DNA of 51,569 nt, taken from NCBI GenBank assembly GCA_021432655.1, contig MU271510.1:1-51569 (forward strand), given 5' to 3'. Numbering within the stretch: the first letter of the stretch is position 1; every line of letters starts with the position of its first letter. The notes under the pieces were generated by a model. That model searched no databases and was not told the origin of the DNA. It saw only the letters and a program-made list of their open reading frames with translations. The translations under genes and the position numbers were made by a program. Source of the DNA: Atractiella rhizophila (lineage: Eukaryota). Shown here piece by piece: positions 12,380 through 25,349 of the stretch.

Positions 12380-14967
12380 ATGGACAGCAAGTTGTTTACG
12401 CGCGAAAAGCCTGCAGAGTGCGTACTTTCCCTTCACTGCTAATTCGGGCATGGGGCTGAGGATTGGGATTGGCTGCCTTGCTCCTGCATCACTGCTCTTA
12501 GGTTGAAGGCAGAGCTGCAGTCGGATAAAAAGGATAAGGGCTTTGCGAAGAAGAAGAATGCTTTGAAAAAGGTCGTGGCCAACATGACAATGGTTTGTGT
12601 CGACTCTCCTGCTTCTTCCACAGCCCGGCACTGAGCAGGTTATCATGATGTAGGGGTCCGACATGTCCTCTCTCTTCCCCGACGTCCTACAGTGCATCAC
12701 GATACAGATACTGGAGATTAAGAAAATGGTATATCTGTACCTCATCAACTATGCACGGTCGAAACCAGAAATGGTCAAGTATGCAATGGACGGGCTCATC
12801 TCCGTACGCTCCTTTCTCTCTTACCGCGTAGCCACTGAAATCTCATGGGTACAGGATTGTAACGATCGCAATCCACTAATCCGTGCTCTCGCCATCCGCA
12901 CAATGGCATACATTGCTGGCATCCCCCAAGTTGCTCAATCGCTACTTGACCCTCTCCGTCACGCACTCAAAGACTCGGACCCCTACGTCCGCAAGACAGC
13001 AGCCATCTGCGTCGCAAAGCTATTCAGTCATGACCGACGGCTGGTAGAGAAGAACGGATTCGTAAATTCGCTCAGAGACCTGTTAGCTGATGGCAACTCG
13101 ACCGTCGTCGCAAATGCAGTGGCTAGTTTGATGGAGATTAGTGAGAGGAGTGATAATATTCATCTCCGTCTCAACGCCGGCATTGCGAACAGACTGGTGA
13201 CGGCGATGGGCGAGAGTTCTGAGTGCGTTTATCTCAACTTATTCCATTCCCAACCCTATGCCGCTGCGTGAGCGCGAAGCTAACAATGTGTTGGTGTAGA
13301 TGGGGTCAGACATACATTCTGGAAAGCCTCATGTTCTTCGTTCCAGAAGAATCGACGGATGCTGAGATTCTCGCTGAACGAATATCCATACGACTTCAAC
13401 ACGCCAATTCAGCCGTCGTGCTTACAACGATAAAAGTAATTTTATACCTTATGAACTACATGAGTAACCAAGAAATGATCGAATCACTATGTAAAAAACT
13501 TTCTCCCCCTCTCGGTGCGTTGTCCATGTTCTTTAATTACTCCACCTTGTTTTCCAGGTATTGGCTGAGGACCGTAGCGCTGATCCATACCTCGATGGAT
13601 AGTCACCCTCCTCTCTTCAGGATACGAAGTCCAATACGTCGCGCTACGGAATATCCTCCTCATAATACAGCGACGGCCATTGGTTCTCCGAAACGAAGTC
13701 AAAGTGTTCTTTTGCAAGTACAACGACCCGATATACGTCAAACTGGCCAAGCTTGAGATCATCTACCGATTAGTGAACGAAAAGAATGTCGAGCAAGTCT
13801 TAGCCGAACTTCGAGAGCAAGTCTTCCTCTCCACTCATAGGCAAAGAGTACCTCTCATTCTGCCACAGGTACGCCTCCGAGGTAGATGTCGACTTTGTAC
13901 GAAAAGCAGTCAGCTGCATAGGGCGATGTGCCATAAAGATTCCCTCTGCGTCCGATAGATGTATCAAAGTTCTGCTCGACCTGGTAGGGACGAAGGTGTC
14001 GTATGTGGTACAAGAAGCTATCGTCGTGATTAAAGACATCTTCCGAAAATACCCCAATCAATACGAAGGCATCATCGGAACTCTCTGCGAGAACTTGGAC
14101 GCCCTCGATACCCCCGATGCCAAGGCAGCGATGATTTGGATCATCGGACAATATGCTGATAGGATCGAAAATTCGGACGAGCTGCTGGAGGATTTCATTG
14201 ATAACTTCCTCGAAGAGTCCCCCGAAGTTCAGCTGTCGATCCTGACTGCTACGGTGAAATTATTCATCAAGCGTCCCACCGTGGCTCAGGAAGTCGTACC
14301 CAAGGTTTTGAAGTGGGCAACAGAGGAGGTCGATAATCCCGATCTCAGGGATAGAGGCTACATCTACTGGCGCCTACTTTCCACCGATCCTGCCTCCGCA
14401 GAATCAATTATCCTCTCCCAGAAGCCATCCATCAACACCTCGACTGACGTGATGGACCGTGGATTCCTCGATCGTCTCCTCCTCCACACCGGAAGCTTAT
14501 CGAGCGTTTTCCACAAAGAACCTCAGCTCTTTATCCGCGGTGCAAAACCTAAGTACCTCGCTTCGTCCCCAGCCCTCGATCCAGAAGCAAAGAAGAGTTT
14601 TTATGAATCTCTCAACCTTCCGGTACATGAACAATCGCTTATGGGCCTTGAAGACATCGCTCAGGGAAGCTCCATGCTCCCTCCACCCATAGTGCCTCCT
14701 AAAAGAATGGCTACCGTGGAAATCAACACACCTCGTTCACCTGGAGCGAAGAACGGATATGATAGTGACGAGGAGGTGGAGCGTGGTGACGATGAGGAGG
14801 AAGATGAGGACAGAGGGAAGGATTTTTTCGGAGGTTCTCCTGATGGTGGCGAGGAGAAATATGATACCAGCAAGATGAAGAAGAAGGTTGATAAGATTGA
14901 GAAGGACAATCCGTTGGCAAATACGAAGATGGCCGGTGATGAACCAATATCCTTTAACGGAATCTAG
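12380..14967 (+). CDS. APL1: Adaptor protein complex beta subunit, most like AP-2 beta
   Basis: Spliced N-terminus [54 protein letters not shown]; adaptin motifs [30 protein letters not shown] and [16 protein letters not shown]. Confidence 0.85.
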
Positions 14968-15131
14968 TCCTCCCTGTCTTTTTGTTTTCATTTGCTGGTC
15001 GAGTTGGTTGGAGGTGGAGAGGAATGTCGGATTCGCATTTTGTTCAGTGTTTTGGATTTAGTTGGCTTATCGGTTGGAGTTTTGAGGTGTTAGGAAAGCC
15101 AATGTTTATCGGCAATCAAACGAGCTATGGA

Positions 15132-16164
15132 TCATGCTTTATTATTTGCATCTGCTCCTCCTTCTAGAAGCAGCCTCAAGAACTCTTCCGCTTTTAACAC
15201 CCTCAGCTCGATGTCCTTCTCTCCCAATGTTAACCCACCTTGTCTCTCATCATCCTTCAAGCAAACCGTCAAAAAGTGATCATCCACCTTCCAACTCCTA
15301 AACCTGAACAGTTCGCTCTCACTTGCGTCTGGTACCACGTCCAGGTCCGTCACGCACAGACGCGTCAAATCGATATCGAATGAGAGGCGGGAAAAGTCGA
15401 ATCCCAAACCCAGTCCGAGGGACTTCGTGAGTGCTTCCTTATGTGTCCAGAGAGCCATGAGATATGCTAGCTTGTCCTCTTCTGGCAACCCTTGCATTTT
15501 ACGCTGCTCCTCAGCTGAAAGCTAAACCAAAAAGTTATAAGATTGCCCTGTTGTGTAGGTGGAAGATGATGCGAAATGACACACCTGGTCCCACATCGCT
15601 TCCAGGAAGGACGATAAATCTTCGTTGGAGGGCAAGGAAACTCGCATCACGTCCACTCCTACTGTGGAGCAAGGGAGAGAAGTGTAGGCCATAACCACGA
15701 AGTTAGAATCGTGGCTGATGTTGTAATCGAAGTCGAGCTTAGGACTCGCCTTCTAGCCATGTAAACATTCTAATCTTTTGATCAAGATGTTTAGAAGACA
15801 TACGAGGTACGGTCTCCCATGCTCGGAGGATGAAAACTGCTGCGAAGTGACTGGTATTCCAAACTGAGGAGAAGAGAGTATGAAGCGAGGGAGGAGACGG
15901 CCAATTAGACATCCTGCTTCCGCCCTTCAGAAGGTACACTGGCATTAACTTTGTTGAATTCTAACGTATTGCGTCGTCCTTCTTGTAAAAGCGTTTGATC
16001 TTATCGACGGAAATAACGTCCAGCAAAGAGAGCAGCCTCGAGTCCTCCTGGAGGTTCGAGTATCATCATCATGGGCGACGGCAAGGAAAGGAGAGACGCA
16101 CATGGATGTTATCGCCAAGCAAAGAAAGCCTAACCGCAACTACTCGCACTACTGCATTGTTCAT
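15132..16164 (-). CDS. Sfp-type 4'-phosphopantetheinyl transferase (Lys5/Ppt1-like)
   Basis: Motifs LWTHKEALTKSLGLGLGFDF, FDYNISHDS and IKRFYKKDDAI; several short introns. The start could instead be 16197. Confidence 0.85.
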
Positions 16165-16494
16165 CTCAAGACCATTAGCAGCTTCTTGTCTGATCATGTG
16201 ACCCGCGAATTCTACTGTGGTTTGCTTGCTTATCTTGCCCGCTCTACGACCACTACCTTCACGCGAAAGAATTAGGGATAACAAAGATTCCTTGTAAGGG
16301 AGATCGGTTCTTTGCGCTATACCTCTCAGAAGTGCTCCAAGTCATATTTGCCTGTGAGTTGCAAGAGATGTGCTTTCGCCGTCCTCACCCGTTCCCACAG
16401 CTGCGAATTGCGATTCGATTTATCAGCATTCATTGATATTCATTTGTATTCATCCTTTATACAGCAGAAAGCTTTTCCAATAGAACTCATCAAG

Positions 16495-18114
16495 ATGGCA
16501 GCAGCTACACTTGTCAGCATCCTGTGAGCTTTCCATAGTGTCAAGAAAAGATAGTTAAAACAGTTGAGCAGAGACACTGACTTGTATAAGCTGACGATGC
16601 AGCAAGCTGTCCTCCAACACTATCCGGAGGCTCTGGTCACTTATCAGTTTACGAATCGCGCACCTTTGATGAAGTTTTCCGTGAAAGCATTTCAGCAGAT
16701 TCGGTACACGATCCTGGGTAAGTATTTTGTCTCCTGCCATTCGTTGTCCTTCCCGTGAATCAGACAAGATGACCGTTTGGGGTGGTGGTCAGAGCTTGGT
16801 CACCTCTCCCTCAAACCTGACGAACGTACCTTCCTTGAAGCAAAATGTCCCTATCTCACTCCAGAATATCTCGACTTTTTGACCTCCCTCCGTCTCACCC
16901 CGTCCACCCAAGTCATCCTCTCCCATTTGGACGTACAAGACGGCGTCGGAGACCTCTCAGTAGAGATCAAAGGGCTATGGTCCGAAGTGATCCTGTACGA
17001 GGTACCAGTGATGTCAATCATCTCTCAGGTCTATTTCCAGGTCATGGATACCGACTGGACAAGGGATGGGCAGCTACAGAGAGCGAAGGAGAAGGCTGTG
17101 GATTTGTTAAAAGCTGGTTGCGTGTTCTCAGAATTTGGAACGAGGCGCAGGAGGGATTATCACGCACAGGATGAGATCATGAAGGGCATTTTGGAAGGAG
17201 TGAAGGCCTTTGAAGAGAACGGCGGGAAAGGAGGAAGGTTTAACGGAACCTCGAATGTAAGACGGAGCAAACCTGTGTCTTTGTGCGTGATGTCGTGTTA
17301 ATGACTTTTGGCGAGCAGGTCCATTTTGCACACAAATATGGCGTGAATCCAATAGGTACGATAGCACATGAATGGATGATGGGTATCGCAGCGAAAGAAG
17401 GATTGGAAGGCTGCAACGGGATCGCCATGACAAAATGGGAGGAGGTTCGTTTCTCAACCCGTTACTTTTTTGAAAATCGTTCACATTGGAACAGACCTAC
17501 CCAAATGGACAACTCAGCATTGCACTGACTGATACGTTCTCATCAAAAATCTTTTTTGGAGATTTCATCCAGCACCCAGAGCGTGCGCGCCTGTGGGCGG
17601 GAGTGCGACAAGGTCAGTATAGCAGCCATTTGTGGGTTGCTTTGTCCACATATGAGAGATAGACTCGGGCGATCCCTTTGCCTACATACCCCTCGCCGTC
17701 TCCATATATAAATCCCTTTCCATCGATCCCAAGAGCAAGACTGTCGTCTTCTCTGACTCGCTCGATGTCGAAAGGGCGAAGGCATTGAAGAAGGCTTCCG
17801 ATGAAGCTGGCATCAACTGTTCTTTTGGCATCGGGACGTTTTTTACGAACGATTTTTCGAAGGCTTCGAATGCAGAAGAGAAGAGCAAACCCTTGAACAT
17901 TGTGATTAAGTTGGCCAAGATCGATGATCAGGACGCGGTGAAGATTAGTGATGAGGTCAACAAAGCAAGCTTTCTCCTCTCCTCACGACACATCATTTTT
18001 GACCCCGGGCAACAGAATACAGGAAATCGAGAAGCAGTACAAATGGTAAAAGAGAAACTAGGACTAGACAAATTCCCAGACACCATGAGCCGTCCAGACA
18101 CTCCGGTCCTTTAA
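16495..18114 (+). CDS. NPT1: Nicotinate phosphoribosyltransferase
   Basis: SIL|DTDLYKLTMQQAVL, ILYEVP, FSEFGTRRRR, GTSN, PIGTIAHEWMM, VFSDSL, FGIGTFFTNDF and KPLNIVIKL. Confidence 0.95.
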
Positions 18115-18949
18115 AGGTAGCCATATTTGAGTCTGCTTAAGAGCTTTAGACCTTACCTATGTCGTGATCTATTGTACTGGTGCCGCGTGTTTTTATAGAC
18201 TGCAAAAGGAAAGAAATGTATCAGAGAACTTCATCCGCATTGAATCATTGACATCAATATGGATACTACTTCAAGAACATTTGGAGAGACAGGGGAGTGG
18301 GATAAGAGCTCGTGTACGTGAGTCGTATCAGGACATCGTAAAAACTCCATCAACGAAACAAACGTGAAGCTTTCACAACGGTTTGGTGTTGAAATGGGGA
18401 ACAAATTTAGCATAATCATCTACTTTATTCGTCTCGTCAAAGGTGTTGGTGAGCAATAAAGGCGACCGTCAAAGGAAACAATCCTACCACCATACACTAG
18501 ACGAAAGGTGAAGGCGACGAAAAGAGCAAACGATTCTTTGATTTGGGGAACAGGAACATTTGAGATGCCTCTTCTTCTCAAAAAGGAAAGCTAATGAACA
18601 TCAACAAAGATCAGATGCCACGAGATTTCTGTTTGAAAGAGAAGGGGAGATCTCGATTAACAGTTTGGGGACTAGGAAGAGCTGGAGGCAAGAGAGGCAA
18701 AAATCTGCATGTTAACTGTTTTTGGTTGGTTTAGGGATAAAAAGGAAAAAGATGAGACCTGGATTCAGAGGGAATCCAACTTTTTTATTAACGGAATTAA
18801 ACCTTTTTCAAAGTCGAGCGGATTGTGATTGAGTCCAAATCGCTCGACAATTCTTCTCCTGCCTTTTCAGGCTGTTTGAGAACCAATCAGCTTTTCTGAT
18901 CGGTTCGACAATGGGAAGGGAAGATGGAAGACCCACCGGCACGGCACAT

Positions 18950-20292
18950 TTAAGAGGCGACAATGGTAGCGGCGGGTTCAGCAGCCTTGGTTTCTTCCTT
19001 CTTTCCATTTACGGCGGGAGCGGCGGCGTCATCGTCCTTCTTCTCCTCCTGGTTGACGGCTATCTTGATCTGGATTGGTCTGTCGCCGACGGTGGATCCA
19101 TCCAACTGAGTGAGCGCACGTTTCTGTTGTTCTTCATCCTTGAGTTCGACGAATCCGAAACCCTTAGACTTTCCGTTCGCTCTTCCTCCGCGGCGGAGAA
19201 CAATCTTTGAGGTAACAACTTCGAATGGAGGGCTGGCACCGGTGAAGATAGCGGTCAAACCGGCATCATCAATGTTGAAGGGAAGATTGGCGACGAAGAC
19301 TTCATTTCGCCCATTATTAAACTTGAAGGTTCCAGGTGATAAAAATACGCACGACCAGTCTTGGATGGCTCTCCAGTTGGAGGACCCTTCTGAACAGGCT
19401 TCTTAGCTGGCTTGGGTTTCTCTTCTCCCTCTACCTTAGCAGCACCCTCCGCGGCGGCATCACCATTGGCAGCAGCCTTAGGCTTCTTCGCCTTCTTCTT
19501 CTTGGGCCTCTTCTTCTTGTCTCCCTCTCCCTCGGCTCCTCCTTCGGCCGCCTTCTCTCCTTCTTTAGCGCTGGCATCGGCAGCCGCAGAGTCACCAGAG
19601 TCGATCTCCCCGTCAGCTCGGGGTCCTGGACGCCGCGACCTGCCACCGCGCTGCATCCCCAAATCGCATTAGGAGGTCTGTGCCGATGCCGAGAAAAATG
19701 CGTACTCCACGTCCCCTGCCTCTGCCTCTTCCCCTCTTTCCGCCTCTGGTAGCACCCTCAGCCGCCTGTTCCACCAAGTTCAGATCTCACTTGAGAAGAG
19801 ATGAGATTGAGAAAGACTAACCTTTTCGGCGACCTCCTCACCAAGCTGCTTCAGCTTTTCCGGAGGCTTAGCGATCTCGACATTGATTTGCCTGCCATTA
19901 ATCTCTGTCTTGTCGAGCGCTGCAATAGCGGCAGTAGCAGCAGCTTCATCAGCAAAGGTAACGAAACCGTAGCCGAGAGATCGAGGGCCACGGTGAATAA
20001 TTTGGGCTTTGTTTCTATCATCGACCCAATAGCGTCAGTTAATAATATAGGCATGGGACGACTGGAAAGAAGACTGACAGCTGCCCGTGTTTCCCAAACA
20101 GCTCTTTGAGCTCTTCTTCCTTAGTAGCGAAGGACAGGTTTCCAACGAAGACCTGTGGCAATCCGTCGGAGCTCAGCCCTCCACAAACCCTTGCCAACGA
20201 AGCTGAAAACGTACCTTGTGTCCGACTTCTTCGGTAGTAGCCTGGATGGCTTCAGCGACTGGAGCAGCGGCGGGAGCGGTGTCTGAAGACAT
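18950..20292 (-). CDS. Two-RRM RNA-binding protein with an Arg/Gly- and Lys-rich linker
   Basis: RNP motifs KVFVGNLSF / RSLGYGFVTF and VFVANLPF / KSKGFGFVEL. Confidence 0.85.
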
Positions 20293-20648
20293 TTCTGTGA
20301 TGATTTTTAGCTGAAATCGATCGTAAGAGCGTGGCTGTTTTTTGGGAGGGGAACTGGAGGAGCTGAGAACTAGCTGTAATGCGAAAGACGCTGGGGGCGG
20401 ACTGGAGCGTGATGTTTCCTTTGGTCTTTTGGTGGTAAAAATTCTGAAACAAATCGACACGCCTTTATATATCGTTCATTGTCGGCGTTGTGGCTATACC
20501 TGCTGTTCATCCTGCATTCGTTTTCGTTTTTATCTTTTCGCTATTCCTGTCATTTCATTGAAAGTTGTCGAAAGCAACAGGGACCTGCTTCAGAACCTTC
20601 GAGAACACTCTCTTTACCCATACACTCTTTATTTGATCACATCCTACG

Positions 20649-22094
20649 ATGAGCGCCGTACCTCCCTCCCCAGGCCACAAGTCAAAGCCCTCTTTCAGCT
20701 TCGTCAGTTTCTTCGAGGCATCCAAGGACGACATCACCTTCAATCAGAAGCCAAAACCAGTCTATCAGGCCGCGAATAAGAAGACGAGGAGGAACAGCAA
20801 CGATAATATCGCTGGCCTGTTCGGAGGAGAGACGAACGTGTCCAGATGGAATCAAGTGCCCGCTGTCGTGCCTATTGCAGCTTGGATCGGGTTTTCAAGT
20901 TGTGTGTAAGTCTTTTGCCAGTTATCGGGAATAGGTATTGAAAGGCGTCGTTCCGTTACCGCTGAACTCAGAATTCTCTTCAACAAATACATTCTCGTGC
21001 GTTTTCCCAACGTTTTAGCTTTGCAGTGCTCATTTGTGAACAAAGTACGACCTGCACTTCCCTTACCCCATCTTCCTCACAACCTGCCACTTACTTGTAA
21101 GCTCGTGATCCTCTGTGCAAGAGTCTTCTTTAACGCCTCGGACGGTAGTTCCAAACCTGCGCGACAAGGCTTGCACGGCGATTCACCAATCTCGTTGATG
21201 GAGCAAAGAGTGCGCTTTCAAATTTCTTATGTGTTGTAATGGCGTGCTCAATCCATCATTGTTGCAGAATTGGAGGCCTCGGGCAAAATGAACCGCACCG
21301 TTTTTGTCCGCACCATCATTCCACTGGGCTTGCTCTTCAGTCTTTCTCTCGCACTTTCCAACTGGGTTTACCTTCGCCTTACCGTGTCTTTTATTCAAGT
21401 ATGTCATTCATGTTACTTCAACAAGCAGGAAACATTAACGCAAAGGGCGATAGATGATCAAAGCCATCACTCCCATCGTGGTTCTGCTGCTCTCTTTCGC
21501 CTTTAGCCTTAAGGAACCTTCCAAGAAACTGTTCACCATCATCTGCCTCATCTCTCTCGGTGTCGGGATTGCCTCATACGGCGAAATCGCATTCGACATG
21601 AGCGGTTTCCTCGTCCAACTCCTCGCGATAGTCATCGAATCTAGCAGGCTGGTGTTGATCCAAATGATGCTCAAGGACACCGGAATGGACCCTCTTACGT
21701 CCCTGTACTACTACGCACCGGTCTGTCTAGCCTTCAACTCTTTCTTCTTCGTCGCCATCGAAGGATTCGCTCCCCTGTACACCGTTCTGGAGACCGTTGG
21801 AGGACTGACGCTGCTCGTCAACTGCTGTATCACCCTCGGTCTCAACTTTTGCAGCGTCTGGCTGATCGGGAAGGCGAGCGGATTGGTGCTTACGCTCGCG
21901 GGAGTTGTGTAAGTTCTCCACCACCCGTTGTTTCAGTGTCACATACTGATTTCACACGATGTTTTGATGGGTACAGTAAGGATATCCTTATCATAGCCTT
22001 TACCTTCACCTTCCAAGGAAGCCCTGTCACGTCCATTCAGATGTTCGGATACTCCATCGCTCTCGCTGGACTTATAATGTACAAGAGAAGCTAA
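20649..22094 (+). CDS. TPT-family (nucleotide-sugar/triose-phosphate transporter-like) membrane protein
   Basis: IIPLGLLFSLSLALSNWVYLRLTVSFIQ|MIKAITP, GVGIASYGEIAF, ESSRLVLIQ, MDPLTSLYYYAPVC and SGLVLTLAGV..KDIL. Confidence 0.9.
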
Positions 22095-22581
22095 AGGATG
22101 ACCAGCTCCCCATTGCTTCTCCTTCACTATCCAGATCCAGAGTTGCAGGGACACTTCAATGTTCAATCGTTACTCGAGTTTCTTATTTGGGGTTTCATGA
22201 TTCATATGGAATATTGTTTCTTATAGAACTCACTCGCAAGTCGTGAGACGTACACAGGCATACTTACTACTGGCAACTCACCGTCTTCACTCGCATCTCT
22301 CTCACTAAAACTGTCATCTTATCCGCTTCCCACGTCAACATCAAAGTCAGTCAGTAGTTATATCGTGTGTATTTCGCCTAGATGTTGTGCTTGAGGTGTT
22401 TCTACCGTGTTTGGAGGATTTTGTTCGACTTTCTGCAGCTTGCTTTGTTCTTTGAGGCATAGATTGGCACTATAGCGAATAAAATACAATAAAGCGTTGC
22501 TTAATACACTCCTCCACCGTACTACCTCCTTCCCAAAAAGTTGTTATGATACAAGGCCGCCACTTTCTTTTGAAAGCGATA

Positions 22582-24785
22582 TCAAAACCCCTCGTCATAA
22601 AGCCGCCTGCAAAGACTCTTATAGAACCTCTCTAAATCGAACTTTTCCTTCTTAACAGGCTGTACTCCATACAAAAGTCTGGCCTGCTGTCGCAGCTTCT
22701 GCTCCTCCTTCTCGTTCCCACCGCCTACCCAAGGTAGGTTTCGTTTGAGAAGGTCTGGCGCTTCGAAGGAGGAGAGGTCGAGGGAGAGCGACATGGTAGG
22801 CATGGACGGGAGAGACGGGATAGACGGTAGACGGTTGAGCACCCATTCGGCGATTGCGTTCTGGGATGAGCCGGAGGATGCAGGTTTCTTGGACGAGGAG
22901 GAAGATGTGGAAGAGGAAGAAGGCTTCGCCTCCTGTTCCTGCTCCTTTGCCTTCGACGGCGTCTCGGCGTTCGCCTTAATCCATCCACCAATGATGGAGT
23001 TGACACCTTGCCATCCAGCAGAGAACCAATTAGTGTCCTCTTTTTCCTTTTCCAACTTTGTTTCATCCTTCTTCTGCAGCTCCTCCCTCGTTACCTTCTT
23101 CGTCTCCGTCTCTCCCGCCTTCTTCTTCGTCTCCGTCGGCTTCGAAAACCCACTATGGCCCCGAAGATCCCAATGGTCGCACTCGACCGTTCCCAAGAAC
23201 TCTCCCCACTTCGCGCTCTCCACAGGTACCAAGGCATCGTTTCCCCTCTTCTCCATCGGTATGTTCTCCCCATTTTGCAACCTCTTCAGCTCGATCGAGT
23301 CGAGGATGAGTTTCGGTAACCAAAGGGGATGCCACATCCCCAGTTTGGGAGCACGAGCGGCGATGGAGTAGTACTTGATGTCCTGCCTATCCGGAGTGTT
23401 TGGGTTGAAGGTGTTTTCGAGGTAGGAAGGAATGAGATTAGAGTATCCGGGAGAGTCGAGGAGGGAAAGGAGGAAGGAAGAGACGGTGTTGGACACGTCG
23501 GGAAAGCCTATTGAGAAACCACTCTTGTCTTTCTCCTTTTCGTCCGGTTTACTCTTTGACGCGGGATCATCGGGAGAAAACAGAGGAGATTTCAGAGAAT
23601 AAGGGAGCGATTGCCGATACTCGTCCTCTCCTCCCGTCATTTGTTGAGAAAAGAACTCGTCCTGGACGTTGTTGACTAGTGTCCTGAAAGAAGACCGCGA
23701 TCTTCCTACTCCAATATTGTCCCGACACCACGTCATGAATTCTGATCCTCTATGTGGTGTAGAAAGAGTCGTTAACGAGACTGGGGTGTAAGTTTTAGGG
23801 CGGATGTGAGTGAGAAGATGTCGGCAGTCCAGTCCGCCCTATCCCAGAGAGATTTCTCAGTAATGGCACCTGAGATAGACCTGGTAAGCTGAGACAAACC
23901 ATACTATGGGCCATCAAGTTCACTTCCTTCCCTCGTATCGCAGCTTCAGCCTCTAGGTGTCGATGCAACGTCTCCGCCCTCTCCTGGATCGTAGCCGTCC
24001 CAGGAACTCTCGGAGCGTACACTTCAACACCAATCTTGTCCCGCAAAATCGCCAGCAGGTCCGACCAATAGTGATAATGGTACGGTAAGGCGGGGAGAGG
24101 GACATCTGAGAACCCGTAGAGACCTTTGGGCACACGGAATTAGAACTATTTATTTCAGCTGACCGGAAGAAAGACCCACCGTGGCAGAGGACGATTGGGA
24201 AACGAGGCTTTCTCGTCGGCTCGTAGAGTGTAGGATTTGACATGAGTCGATTAATCTGATCCAACTCCGGACGCGCAGGGAGAGCTGCACGATAGTTTGC
24301 TTCTTCGCATAGCAAATCGTAAAAATTAGGTGTCTTCCTCGTTTCCCCATCCAAACGCGGAACGTCTTGCAATTCTTCCATTCCATTCTCTATTTTCTCG
24401 AAAGCAGATGGAACCTTTCCCTCCTCCTTCTTCTTTGACTCGTCTCGAGATTTCGTAGGCCTCCTCGTCTTCGAGGAGAAGGAGACGGCGCGTCATTTTC
24501 CACTGAATCCGCCATCTCTGCATCCTCCTGGTCGGCTGCGACAGAAAATCCTTCCCCAGCAATGCGAAGCCTGTCCTCCCTGTCCCTTTTGCCGATATTT
24601 AAGCTGAAAGACAAGAAGGAGACGTTTCTCGACTGTCGCACGAAGTGGTGAGGCGTCCTCGACCTCCTCCGCTTTCGCGGCGTGACTCCTGATGACGTGA
24701 GGCCTGGTGAGAGGAGCCGTCCGCGCTCTGCACAATCGACAAGGCGACGGAGCGAAGAGAACGGTGAAGGCGAGGAGAGAGACAT
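22582..24785 (-). CDS. Triacylglycerol lipase, TGL2-like alpha/beta hydrolase
   Basis: PIVLCHG|LYGF, nucleophile elbow AHSM|GGLDCRH, STPHRGS, NDALVPVESAKWGEFLG, CDHWDLRG and C-terminal FDLERFY...LYDEGF. The 5' structure is uncertain (see findings). Confidence 0.85.
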
Positions 24786-25349
24786 TGCGGCCGCCGCCAC
24801 AGCAAATCAGAGAAAACGGCGCTGAAAGAGGTGATCGCGAAAACGTTGGGGAATGGAAGGCACGTGTGCAGTCAGGAACTGGCGGCGAGTATCAGGTATA
24901 TCCTTGCAAGGGGCACAAGGGCATTAACATCCTCAATTCGCCTCAACACGGGGGATTGAAAGACTTCTGTTAATTTTCAAGGTCCACAGCTCGTACGCTC
25001 AACGCCAAAAAGTGTAAAAGTACAGTTGATTATCAATGCATGCAGGCATCCCATAACAAAGCAAGTAAGAATTGCCCTTAGGAAGAAGCATAGATGCATA
25101 AGACAGAGGCAGCGTAGCGGCGCAAAGGATACTGTTGAAAGTGTTACCGAGTCTCTTATTAACGAAAGAAAAATGAAAGTTTTTGAACACGATTGACTAC
25201 TTTTATGCACGTATAGCACGAATCAAACGATCCTAGTTTAAAGCATCTGCGATGTGCTGCAGTATGCTAAAAAGCCAAAACTTTTGTAACACAAAAACAA
25301 ATCTTAGACCAAGCGATTACACCTACTTTCGGCCTATTCGTTCCATCTG

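Noticed and set aside
14600..14967. Beta-adaptin lacking an appendage (ear) domain
   Set aside because: Short, ear-less beta subunits are common in fungi; not evidence of truncation.
15132..18114. PPTase/NPT1 as part of a secondary-metabolite cluster
   Set aside because: There is no NRPS or PKS in the window; both are ordinary primary-metabolism genes.
22745..23371. 208-aa plus-strand ORF
   Set aside because: Antisense shadow of the low-complexity lipase C-terminus.
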